NCBI RefSeq assembly: GCF_006345805.1 | Contig: NC_043004.1 | Location: 3,968,001 to 4,032,000 of the forward strand | DNA from: Octopus sinensis | Lineage: Eukaryota | DNA: 64,000 nucleotides | Reading direction: 5' to 3' | Made by a program: the position numbers and the translations under genes | Notes under the pieces: generated by a model | Seen by the model: only the letters and a program-made list of their open reading frames with translations | Told to the model about the DNA's origin: nothing | The model's database searches: none | Part shown: piece by piece, positions 39,483-51,642 of the stretch | Numbering within the stretch: position 1 is the first letter of the stretch | Layout: the number at the start of each line of letters is the position of its first letter

Positions 39483-40091
39483 GTCCTAGCTAAGAAGGAA
39501 TATATTCACAGACATGACAGAGTTGGAACCTACATACATTGGAAGCTATGCCAACATTATGGAATAACAACAGAAAAAAGATGGTATAGGCACACACCAG
39601 AAAAGGTCACAGAAAACGAGAAAGCAACCATACTCTGGGATATGCCGATACACACAGATAGAGAAATTAAGGCCAACAGACCAGATATAGTTGTCAGAGA
39701 TCATGAAGAAAAAAAATGCTTTCTAATTGATGTATCAATACCGGCAGATGACAACGTGTCTCTAAAAGAAATGGAGAAACTCTCAAAATACAAAGACCTG
39801 GAAATAGAGGTAACTAGAATGTGGAACCTGAAAACAGAAACAATTCCTATCATAGTAGGTGCATTAGGCATGATAAAAATTATTCAGACAAATACATAAC
39901 AAAAACACCAGGACTTACAAACACATATAACATACAGAAAATTGCACTACTAGGCACTGCACACATCCTACGCAGAACACTTTCCATACAATAACCATCA
40001 GAGCATCACAACAAATCACAGCACATACCCAAGGCACACAGAGCTGCGCTCGGTAGTGAAGTGAAAGCACGCTATAAAAATAAAACTACTG
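39483..40091 (+). mobile_element. Young 5'-truncated R4/Dong LINE 3' end, copy 2 (609 bp)
   Basis: YIHRHDRVGTYIHWKLC...ILWDMPIHTDREIKANRPDIVVRD...LIDVSIPADDN..KEMEKLSKY (PD-(D/E)xK RLE). Same 3' end as copy 1; in (AAT)n. Confidence 0.92.
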
Positions 40092-40098
40092 AATAATA

Positions 40099-40168
<70 letters not shown>

Positions 40169-40199
40169 CTGAAAAGTAGGTAGATTTAGTAACGATATT

Positions 40200-40590
40200 T
40201 TCTGCTGATATAGGAATGGAATTCAGTCAAAAGAAATGTTCCTATCTGACGGTTGAACGCCAAAAGATTGTTTCTCGCATCCAAAGCCTTTGTATCGATG
40301 CTGTCTGCATTCCAAGCATTGAATGCTGCAAATACCAAAATATTGGTGGGATTCCTTTTGTACTAAGAGGCATTCAACGAAGTTAAACGAACCAAAGAAT
40401 ATCATGAGAGGTACACCAATCGGAGCTTTCCTCTTACAACAAGACAATATCCCACAATGCATCGACAATACCAGTACTGGCACCAACATTTCGGATATTT
40501 GACTGAATCATAAAGCTGCCACAGAAACAGTGATGTTGACGGTGACCTCTGTCTCCGAGGATGAAGAAACCTCTTAAGAGTCGTTTTGAC
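40200..40590 (+). mobile_element. Old R4/Dong LINE fragment (post-RT region)
   Basis: SELSSYNKTISHNASTIPVLAPTF. Confidence 0.5.
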
Positions 40591-41329
40591 AGACATTCAG
40601 AAAATGTTTGCTAAACAACTGCAACAAAAATATAACTGTTTTGTTACCCTACTTTTCTTGAAATACTCTGGCGTTGTTTCAATTAATTTTGAAAATAATG
40701 AAGGAATTAATAAAATAAATTTGCTGTTATTAAGCTGGCGTTTGGAACACAAAATTAACATTAAATTTTTATTGTAGAATTGAATTTCGGTCCCTTTAAA
40801 ACAGGAAGTTCGTGCCATAGAACCAGAGTCGGTTTCAGGTAGGTTTGTATGAAAAGGGAAAGCAAATAGATCAACTTGTTGGTAAAGGGACCCTCAAGAA
40901 GCACTCACTCACTGACCACGTCCACAAAGTGATACTAGAATTCTTGGGCTAGTCTACTCCTGCATCCCACAGAATGGTCATCCATGAATATGCTCTCTTA
41001 GATTTACTATGAATATTCTCTCTTAGATTTACTATGAAATGTAAACTCCTTTTGACTCGTGATCGTTACATCTTGTCGTATTTCGAAAGTAATACTCCGG
41101 CAATTTAAGAGCTACAAAATATATAATGAGCAAAAAAAGATGGTGAACGTCTTAGACTCTCAAGAAAGGATCAAACATGATTACGTCGTACCTCTGTGAA
41201 AGATATTACACAAATGATCGGCAATTGCCCCCAAATGCCTTTACGTATGACCTCACCCTATTGCGGTTAGATCTTATAACTAAAATAATAAGCAAAACTA
41301 GCCAATGAAAATACTACTCTGCGTTTAAA

Positions 41330-41655
41330 TATAGACAAGGTCTTTGTTATTGAAGACATACATTTATATCTGCACAAGGAATATTTGTATAACATTCCCC
41401 TTAAATCTTGCCTGAAGTGCAAATATAAACATAACAGACTTCAAACAGAAAAGAAAAGTTCTATAGTCACTGAAGTCAGTTGCCATGCAGATGTGAACAT
41501 TCCCTCCAAAATCAATGTAAAGGAGAATATTTATAGAAAAATTCTTCGAAACCTGTGGCTTCTTTACCGTGATTATAGTTTCACATTTATATCGATAATT
41601 AACGGTGCGTTTGGTTATATTTTAAGTGACACTCTCGAAAAACTTTTCAAATAAA
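41330..41655 (+). mobile_element. Old R4/Dong LINE RLE fragment
   Basis: EVSCHADVN...KENIYRKILRNLWLLYRDYSFTFISIINGAFG. Confidence 0.75.
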
Positions 41656-42505
41656 ATGTTTCCAAAGAAAGGCGATGGAGTCTACGAAAGCCATGGGCCC
41701 AACCTCTTTCTCCAAACGACAGCAACAAAAGACATGGGTGGAATGGAAACACCAGGCGTCGAAAGCATCGTTTAGTTCTTTTCGCCTGAAACCTTCAGAC
41801 TTGTAGAATATTTTATATAAATTAATGTCTTAAGACTTCAGATTTACAGAACATCTGATATAAAATTGCAAAACTTGCTTCCTTTAGAGAGCAAAAAAAA
41901 AACAATTACGTTCGTAAGAACATGGATTTCCGTCGATTTCGACGATGACTATACCCGTTTTTCAATCAAAACCCTATTCACAGTAATTTCCAGGTATTCC
42001 ATGTGTACTTTTAAAGTAATTCTGAAGTAGAATCAGTGTGACAGTGAGTGACGAGATGGGTCATTCAATTACACGTGCCACCTACCTAATTCCAGTCACA
42101 AGATTTGAAACGATCTGAAGTTATGGTGCAAAACGTCTGCCCAATCGAATCTCAATGAAACCGAACCTCGGACTTCAAGTGTGCGAAGAGTACTTCTTAA
42201 CCACCAAACCCTGTCTATATCCATTACTTGACACGCTTCCTATATAAACTCATACACACAAACGCGGGATTGAATGAGCCGTTGAAGGAACTCTTATGTG
42301 GAAGCCTAACTTGCTAGAAATAGCAGACAAATTTCCTTCTAATTGCAACCTGCCGTCTTAAAGAAACAAATGATGCTCTAAATATTGTAGTCCTAGATAT
42401 ATTGTTACTGAAGAAAAGGACAATGAAGTGATGCTACGGTCAGGTCTGTTATGAGGTTAAACATAACAACAACAATGAAACTACAAACATTGTAACGTGG
42501 CCGTG

Positions 42506-43030
42506 CGAGGTTGGACTGAAAAGTTCATAAGCTGTCAACGGAGGAGTGACGCTGGAGCTGAAACCTTGCCTGCATCAATTTCAACACTTCTTATTGATAA
42601 CCACATTGTTTCCTTCTAGATAAATTGACATCTGACTTTTCAAAGAGGACCTAAAAAGTAACTAGTAGCGAGGAAAGGGGTCTTGTTTCACCAGGACACT
42701 GCTCCAACACACAAGTCCTTCGTTTCAGTGGCTGATGTCCTTCTCTGTGGCTTTGATCACCCTCCCTATTGTGCTGGTTTGGCCCCATCTGACCATCATC
42801 TGTTCCCCAATAGGAAAAAACACTTGACTGGGAGCCAGTGATGAGGTCGTGTTTGCTGTTGATTACTATTTTGACCAACAGGATAAAAGCTTCTTCGCCA
42901 ATGGGATCCAAGCACTGCAACACCGATGGAAGAACTGCGTGGACCACAAAGGGTGGGGTGGCATGGACTATGTTAAAAAATAAACTACATTTGGTCAGAT
43001 TCCGTGAGAGTATCTTGGTCAGCTTCGCAT
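42506..43030 (+). mobile_element. Internally deleted mariner (catalytic C-terminal half)
   Basis: Left end CGAGGTTGGACTGAAAAGTTC; GVLFHQDTAPTH, HPPY..LAPSDHHLFP and FFANGIQALQHRWKNCVD. Confidence 0.8.
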
Positions 43031-43449
43031 GTTTCATTGATGTATAACTTTATTTCATCAAATAGTAACTGAAGAATTCTTATAGATGTACATTTTATCG
43101 ATAAAATTGATCCAAGTGTTTCACTAGCATGCTGTGGCCCCGGATGAATCTGTGGTAAATTAGACTCCAGCTAGATTTGAACTCAAAATATAGGGATTAT
43201 GCTAAACATTGCCAGGAAGTAAATCTGTCGAACATCTTAACATTTCTCACATCTTTATCGCCCGTACGTAGTAAATACCAACAATATTTGCTTACACGCA
43301 CACACACGCACACACGCACACACACACACATAACACACAAGTACCCAAACACGTAAATACACACACACAAACACAAACACGCAAACGCATAGACACACAC
43401 AATCATTAATCGGTGTGTTTGTTTATACAGTGTGTGTGTGTGTGCGTGT

Positions 43450-43493
<44 letters not shown>

Positions 43494-44239
43494 TGGTCGA
43501 GTGCGTACACACTTGAATACAGATAAATAATAGAGGAATGACGTACCGTGAGTAATGACAAATGAGAATGTGTGAGTGTGTGCTTGTGCGCGTGCGTATG
43601 GAGAGAAGATTAATCTGATGAAATTCTGAAATCCTATATGCTTGTCCACATACATATAGACAATGTGCAAATATATTTATGAAGGTAAAGTTATCATTTA
43701 TAATAACAATATACAAGTTTATATTCAAAGCAGTTATCGCTAAGCAAATATATAAATTCATCTTGGGTCGATTGGATTTCTCTGCAAGATGTTTAAACTT
43801 ATTGAATCTCCGTCATTTTAACATCTCACTTATGACGTCATAAGTTTACCGCCATTAAGTGGATCATTACCTTGCGCTCCTTTACACATCCAATCATAAA
43901 CTGAAAGTTAATCGGAAGAGAACTCAATAGCTTTAATATGTTTTGTTTTGTTTTTGTTTGTTTGTTTTTGTTTGCTTTTGTGACTTGTTTTTTAGTAAAT
44001 TTCAGTAAAATAAATCGATTTCTGTCACAGTATATTTTTCCGTTTCAACTCGTGCTGCGTGTAAACATGTCCGCAGAGTTAAGAAATTCAATTCGCAATA
44101 ACATGCTTCCAAATTCGAGCTCTCTACTCGGCACATTGAATAAATATCTTCCAACAGCCTGAAACAATGTATCGACCCAAGCCTTACGAGTGGAATTGAG
44201 TCGAGGGAAACTATGCTGAAGCCAGTAAGATAGACAGTG

Positions 44240-45430
44240 ACCCTGCTACGAGTAACCTTTCTCTAAGTTGAAGACCAATGTCTGGTCCTTTGGTCTCTTT
44301 TGCAGACTCTGATTTCTGGTATGATGGTGAATTGAGAGAACCATTTTCTATATTTTTCTCTTCCTCACTTCAAATATCTGTTCTGGGGGTTCCATCAAAT
44401 CGATTTCATCTCGAAGCGAATTCTCTTAGTTGGGGAAATCTGTGGAAGTGGAAGAGGTAAGTCTGCGTAGACGACTATATCTGTATATATAGTTTGATTG
44501 GTTTATTGGTGTAGGTGATACTTTTTCTTGGTTGTGGAGTAGTTGTCTGTTGCTAATGTTGTTGAGTGCATTTCTCTTGTTCCCTTTTGTGTTACCGATG
44601 CTGTTTTTGATGCTACTAATCTTGGTACTTCTGCTGTTGGTGCTACTATTGTAGTTGTTGCTGCTTTTGTTATTGTTGTGGCGTAGGCGTCGGTAGCATA
44701 GGGTTGGTATCTTCCCACATTCTTTTTGCAGTGAACAGTAAACTCTTAGTTGGCTTGCTTCCCTACACATTACATTTCAGTCTTTTGCTCTCAAATATTA
44801 TATAAAGCTTCAAGCCATTTAAAAGTTTGACCGGATCAGGGATGACCTCCATGTTTTCTTAGTCTGTTTGGGTTAATAGTTCCATCCCTGTGCCTGACAA
44901 GTCTTCCAAAATACTCCTTTTACTTTCTATGCTGTGTATTACGGCCACCGTAAACAAGTTGATATCTACTTTTGGTGGTACTTCTGTCACCTTTATTTTT
45001 ACCACTCTCCGACCGAGTATATAGGAATAAGGACCTGTTCATCACTGTTGTAGAATTTCCCTTTGCTTCTTCTTCCGTTGTTTTTATGCTTCAGATTACT
45101 TTAAGGAACTTTTCAATCTGTGCCTGCGTCATCTTGCTTTGAGTGCAATACATTTGCATATCATTATTCTCCAGTCATGGTTTGACCATAATTTCCAGCA
45201 GCTTCAAATAGCCATCTGTATTGGCCATGTTCAAGGATGCACGAAGGCATTTTGGCATGTGGACGCAGCCAGAATATCTGCTGTGTTCCTTCCTGCTGGC
45301 CACAGCTTCGTAGTCCCCGTTGCAGCCATCCATGTCCCGTTTTATATCCTTTACAATGTTCACATTTATCAGCAGTCATGATGTCGACATTTTGATACCC
45401 GGCGAGAAATATCATCATTAAGGCGTTTCT
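44240..45430 (-). mobile_element. Probable decayed ORF1 of an L1/Tx1-type LINE (zinc knuckle plus Q-rich tail)
   Basis: KIKVTEVPP, IPDPVKL, FESKRLKC; degenerate CX2CX4HX4C (CN.CREASQLRVYC); then a CAA/CAG run with many TAA/TAG codons. Confidence 0.45.
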
Positions 45431-46737
45431 GTTCCAGTATTAGGAAGGCTTCCAGTCCTGCATACCAGCTAACTTTTTCCTCAATTACAACTTTCATCAT
45501 TTTGCCCTCCAACGCCGTTGACTGTTCACCAGTGCATCAAGCTATGCCTGACAAAACAAGTTTTTAAAAATCGTCCAATTTTTCCCGAGCACCCAATATC
45601 ATTTCCCTGGTGCTAGGAGTGAAGAGAAAACCAACTTAGAAGATCCCAGACTTCATGAAACTCATATCGAGTGAAAATGGAATCGATTTAATCCAACTAA
45701 ATACTTGATTGGTAATTTTTTACTTGACAGCGATAAGATTTGAACTCTGAAACTACGACTACTAATTGTAATAATGACCCCAATCTTAGTCACAAGGTCG
45801 CGCATTTGGGACGAGTAAACAGTTGATTATATCAACCCCAGTACATCACTGGTAGTAACTGTATCGATCTTGGAATAATTAAAAGTAAACTCGCACTCGT
45901 GGGACGTAACTTAATGCAGTGTATTTTTTTGCGGCACTCTACCAATTATCTCACTTATCACTTGCCTTATCATTAACAATAACGACGTTAATAATACGGC
46001 GAGAGAACGTATTTCTGTTTTATCATATTCTCCGTGATGTTAATTTGTCGCCCTAAAACTCAGACACGTGTTTCATGAAATGAAATATTGTATAAAACCT
46101 TATTATCTCTGTTCTTACGTGCTTCAATATCGACCAGCAGAAAATGTGCTCGAAGCTATCAAGCTATTATGTTATTGTTGTGAGAGAAAATAGAGAAATG
46201 GTGCGAGGTAAAACGTTTATTGATTGGGATATTGATAATTGAGTCGTAATTATGCTATTTTGAGATAAACATCAGCGTTGATAATAGCGAAACATTTTAA
46301 TCTAATCAGTCACTTCTGAAAATAAACAAAAATAAAGAATCTCGAGACAACTAAACAAACGAACCATTGATAGGATTAAATTAGCTGCAACTACAACATC
46401 TGCACACAAAAATATGAACTCTAAGCAAAATTTTCCCAAATTTGTTAAGTTGAGGAGTTGAACGGTGTTGGTGAGCGAATGCAAGAATTTTGATGTCTCA
46501 AAGCGAAACAAAAGCTAAAGAAATGCCGACGCCACACATCTTTCGACGTTGACTTCATGCAACCTGAACGTTCAGTCAAGGAATTGTAAAGCAGGAAGGA
46601 CCTAAGCAGGCGTTCGACCTGCTTCTACATAAAGTGTCCGAACATTAGAACTGGGGTAATTAATGCTTGTATTTAGTACTTGTGGCCATTACAAATACTT
46701 GCTACTCGCTTCTTTTAACTACTGCCATCACCTAATC

Positions 46738-47025
46738 AAGTGGTTCCCAAACTTTCTCAGGTTGTCGCCACCCCCACCCAACTTGGCACCAACACCATAT
46801 TCCTAGTGCTCCCCCTCCCTACTCACTTCCACAAACATTGATCACTTTCGAAAGCAAATTCAAAACAACTATTTTCACAAATAAAACAACCCATTGTTTT
46901 GTTGCTTTTCTTTACATCCACCGCCCCCTTATGGCCACTTCATTATCATCCCCACTTTTCTTCGACAAATCCTGGATCCTTCCGCCGCCCCAAAGGGGCA
47001 GTAGCTCCTACTTTGGGAACCATTA
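46738..47025. mobile_element. hAT-type MITE (288 bp)
   Basis: TIRs (C/A)AGTGGTTCCCAAA / TTTGGGAACCATTA; 8-bp TSD ACCTAATC / ATCTAATC (7/8). Confidence 0.8.
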
Positions 47026-47729
47026 ATCTAATCCATTTGGTAGGGGCGAAAAGAACAGAATACATAAGACTCCTTCTGCCCGAACGCAAACTCTCTCCCG
47101 CCAAGACTCCTTACAGTGACTTGTCGTGGCCGCACAGAGGTACCTTACATCACTATGTTAAACTATAAGCGACATCGGAGCAGCAGTCAACCCTGCGAGG
47201 TAGGCGCACTGACCCACCTTTACGTGAACATGCTTTAATGTCACTCAGCTACTACCCCAGCCACGGACTAAGATCAAGAGCAGCTAAGATTCAGCCATTA
47301 ATGGTAACCTATCTTGCAGAAATTTCCGCCTTAGCAAAATCTACCGGCTCTTGATGCCAGAAGACGGTTTAGCAGTAAAAAGTCGGTGAAAAGCTTCTGC
47401 TGTTAACAGCTACAGCAGTCTTGTAAGGAGTTGCGCAGTCCTTAAACAGTATTATGAAATGTAAGTCTGAAGAAAAGAGCTATTGAAAATCCTTGAGTTC
47501 CAGCGGCGAGAATGCGTAGGAATCACGCTGAAACTACAGGAGATGTGAGAAGAAACCGAAATGATTGCAAGAACTGGGGAACTGCTTAGTAATAAAAAAA
47601 CGGAATGATAAAGACGAGCTCTGCCGAGACTTGAAGTACAAATGCAAGGCATGTAACAGCACAGCGAAGGGCTTATTCGACCGTTTCTCTTCAGAGTCAG
47701 ATAATATACCCCCACCCCTTTCACCACTC

Positions 47730-47882
47730 TAACAAAAAATGTTCCTTCTCGAGCCATGCCAGGCTCACAAGGGTCGGTTTTCCGGTATCAGTGGCGTAGA
47801 AATTCCCCACCGGGACGGGACGCCAGTCCGTCGCAGGTATACTCACTTTTGTCAGCCGAGTAGACTGGAGCAACGTGAAATG
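47730..47882 (-). mobile_element. SINE 3' fragment with a V-domain-like segment
   Basis: Reverse complement: TTCACGTTGCTCCAGTCTACTCGGCTG...CCTGCGACGGACTGGCGTCCCGTCC. Confidence 0.6.
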
Positions 47883-48287
47883 ACTCTAACAAACAAAGTA
47901 CTTAAACAATTTCCATTGTTTAGATGTTCTTTTTTCTCTTTCCTTTGCTTCGTATAACACAACTCTCCGTCAAAACATCTCATTTTGCTATTATTTTCCA
48001 GTAGAAAGTTTTTGTTTTTTAATCTAAAACCACAATTGTAATTTATTAACTGATTAAATAAAAGTTATTCTTTACGTAATTTAGTTTTGCTTAATTTATT
48101 ATATTTTCCTTCTCTTGTTTGGGTTTGTTATTGACCAAAAGTCTATTTGATGCCAAATGAATAATACTAATTAAAACAGTTTTATTCCAGGAAATGTCAT
48201 CTCCGATCTCACCACTGTCAACCATTACCGTCTTGAGTATCACATATAATAATGGTTTTATACATATAGAGAGAGACGTTTGCGTGT

Positions 48288-48360
<73 letters not shown>

Positions 48361-48401
48361 CAGGGAGGGAGGAAAAGGGAAGGAGGGAGGGAGACAATAT
48401 A

Positions 48402-49611
48402 CAGGGTGGCGCACGAAAAAGTAGTGCGGATTTCGTAGTATAGTGTAAAAACAAAAATAAATTTACACGGAAAAGCAGCCAGACTTTTGTTCGCGAGTGT
48501 CATTTCGAATGCTTGTAACTGCTGAACAAAGATGGCACACGAGTTGACTGTTTGCTACGTTGTTCTCACCGCATCCTCACCACATCAGTTGTTTGTAAGA
48601 TTGCATTTAGTGAACATCTCTAGTCTTTTCTGCAAGATGACGTACTCAATACCGCAAAAAGGTGGAGATTGTGGAAGAGTATGAGAGAACTGGTTATGTT
48701 AAAGAAAAGCGTGTAATTTTTGAAGTCAAGTTCCCGAGTAAAGACTTACTGACAAAGAGAACGATACAAATACTGTTTGAGAAGCGACCCGCTACGGGGT
48801 CAGTGCACAACGCCCCAAAACAAAGAGACCCTACAGTTTTAACGCTGGAAGCCATTCAGAATATTTGTCAAAGGTTTACTCGAAGTTCAAAGAAATAAAC
48901 ACGTAAATTGGTGCAGCAGTTTCACATAAGCTGGAGGTCCATACAAACGGTCCAGGGGCTCCAAGCCACAGTCTAAAGTCTGTGTACAACAATCAAAAGC
49001 AGATGACAAGGGCAAAAGAATAAATGACTGCACAAAGTTTCTGAATAGCATTGCTACTAGTGAGCTCCACTCATTCCAGTAACAAATGATGAGACGTGGT
49101 TTCCTGTCTCCGGCCACGTAAATTCACAATACGCACGGAACTGGGTGGTGGAGAATCCTCATTTTGTGTATGAGCAGCCACTTCACAATCGAAAGAATCG
49201 ATGTTTGGTGTGCCGTTTGAGAGACACGCACCATTGGACCGATATTTTTCACTGTACTGTTAACACAAATCGCTATGTGAACATTTTGGACCAATTTTGT
49301 GCCAAGTAACTGAAGATGAAAGAGAGGTGTGCTTCTAGCAGGACGGGGCAGTTTAGCACACTTTTCTGATGGTGTGCGAAAATAATCCGCACATAATACA
49401 GGAACTGAGGGACTATATCGTCGCCATCGGTGTCATTATTTAACGCCGAATGTACCAAAACATGGTCAGATATGCACTGTTGTGTATTAGTGCCGCAAAG
49501 AATCATTTTCTAAATCTTGTATGGCGTTGAGCCCTTTCCCGCACTTGTAAATTTATTTCTGTATTTAAACTATGCTGCGAAACCATGGCTACTTTTTCGT
49601 GAGCCACCATA
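48402..49611 (+). mobile_element. Decayed Tc1/mariner-superfamily element with a DUF4817-type N-terminus (maT/rosa-like)
   Basis: 23-bp TIRs CAGGGTGGCGCACGAAAAAGTAG / CTACTTTTTCGTGAGCCACCATA with TA flanks. MTYSIPQK-VEIVEEY, ATGSVHN, NDETWF..SGHVNSQ, VWCAV, QDGA; the third catalytic residue region is deleted. Confidence 0.85.
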
Positions 49612-50380
49612 TATAAGCATGAAATCAATTGGTACTGAAATACGTATTACTCATCATTGTATTCCAATCAGAGGTAAACCTGTTTCTGAAATGTTCATTG
49701 CATTGCTCGTGTGTATCTTTATCGTAATTTTTATGGTGGTTTATGGAGGAGCTATGGCTTTGAGTTTAGCAAGTGGTATTTACACCCTACATTCCTTAAA
49801 TTTATATATATATATGCGTATATATATATATATGTATATGCATATATGACTGTTTGTATGTATCTGTATGTGTGTATATATATGTGCGTGTGTGTATGGA
49901 TATATAAATATGCAAGTTATTCATAAGAAATAAAGACATGAGGTCGAAGGACCCGATTTCTATTAAAACCCCAGGGGGAACAACTTCACCACGACGACTC
50001 TTATAATTACTGCTGCTAGTTATTCGACGGCTACAGCAACTCCTAAGAAACCAAGTCTTGTCCACACTATTTAATCTACAAAAACAGATAGTAGTGATTT
50101 GCGGTCACAGTCAATTCAACCAGAACTAACGGATATCATCACGTGCTATTGCAGGAAAAAGGAAAGTAAACTATGAATGTTAATCTTAATTTTAATTTTA
50201 TTAATAGCTCTTTTCTCTCTACATATTCCATTTTAAATACATGATTTTGATAAGGTTTTTCAAAAACCGAAACATGTAAAAGGAAAATTAAGATGTACCC
50301 AATTTTAAGAAAGTAGCATTTTCGTTCTTGGTTTTCATAAATATTTACCTACTCGTGTGTTACTTCTACACATCTTTTCA

Positions 50381-50384
<4 letters not shown>

Positions 50385-50459
<75 letters not shown>

Positions 50460-50715
50460 TTAAAGTTAATCCAAACAAGAAAGCACAAAAAAACAATAAC
50501 GTGAGGACGTGGAACAAAAATAGTATTATTGGACGCTCAGGAAAGAAGGAAAGAATGAGAGTTTAACGTTTCGAGCGGAGCTCTTCGTCGGAAACACAGG
50601 AGAAGGAAAGATCCAGAGAAGGGAAGACATAGGGAAAAAAATCGCCAACGGTACACACGCGGTCACATTTTGAATTTTGTATTTATATATATATATATGT
50701 ATATATATAATATAT

Positions 50716-50747
<32 letters not shown>

Positions 50748-50752
50748 ATAAT

Positions 50753-50790
<38 letters not shown>

Positions 50791-50816
50791 AATATATATA
50801 TATATATATATATATG

Positions 50817-50855
<39 letters not shown>

Positions 50856-50876
50856 TATATTATATATATATATATG

Positions 50877-50950
<74 letters not shown>
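50385..50950. repeat. (TA)n tracts surrounding a Penelope-like short repeat
   Basis: Directly visible. Confidence 0.85.
50561..50595 (-). ncRNA. Minimal hammerhead-like motif (copy D, different subfamily)
   Basis: Minus strand: GUUU-CCGACGA-A-GAGC-ucc-GCUC-GAAA-C-GUU-AAAC; host repeat about 50457-50680. Confidence 0.55.
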
Positions 50951-50952
<2 letters not shown>

Positions 50953-51593
50953 ATAGTGAATAGGGTAATAAAAATAAATTATTATTACCAGTGACCTAGC
51001 ACAAAAGACGAATTAGTCATTAGACTATGCGTTATTCATATATAAATACATTAAAAGGCCTCCAAATAAAGAAGCGAGTGCTAGATACACAAAAAGGGGA
51101 TAAATTCATGAAATGGAATGAAAATCAAAAACGTTTACCATCTCAGCTAATCCTGTACTGCAGTTTCATCTTTTTTTTAGCAAATGAATAGACTAATTCG
51201 TCTTTTGTGCTAGGTCACTGGTAATAATAATTTATTTTTATTACCATATTCACTATGTTTAAATATTGCTCGATAAATTTGCTCGTAAATTTTTACCGGC
51301 ATCCTCTCTGTTCACCGGGTATAATTTGCGTCTTAGCACTGGTCTGAAAAGTTAGGGTATACAGATCGTTGGATTTGCACGTACTTCCAACGGTATGTAC
51401 AGCTCGGATTACAAAGGCTTCCTGCTGACGAGTCTGGCCTTGGCAGATAAATTCTATTCATTTGCTAAAAAAAAGATGAAACTGCAGTACAGGATTAGCT
51501 GAGATGGTAAACGTTTTTGATTTTCATTCCATTTTATGAATTTATCCCCTTTTTGTGTATCTAGCACTCGCTTCTTTATTTGGAGGCCTTTTA

Positions 51594-51599
<6 letters not shown>
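50949..51599. mobile_element. Compound inverted structure A-x-B-A'-C-B' in (TA)n, probably Penelope-related
   Basis: A 50949-51018 versus A' 51191-51260: 69/70. B 51046-51192 versus B' 51453-51599: 146/147. A degenerate CTGACGA-GTCTG..CAGAT motif lies in C. Confidence 0.7.

Positions 51600-51642
<43 letters not shown>

Noticed and set aside
43828-43845. 18-bp perfect palindrome ACTTATGACGTCATAAGT containing a CRE site
   Set aside because: One such palindrome is plausible by chance in 64 kb of AT-rich DNA, and no gene start is visible nearby.
47040-47450. L1 endonuclease remnant
   Set aside because: GC-richer than the flanks, but no diagnostic APE motif could be read.
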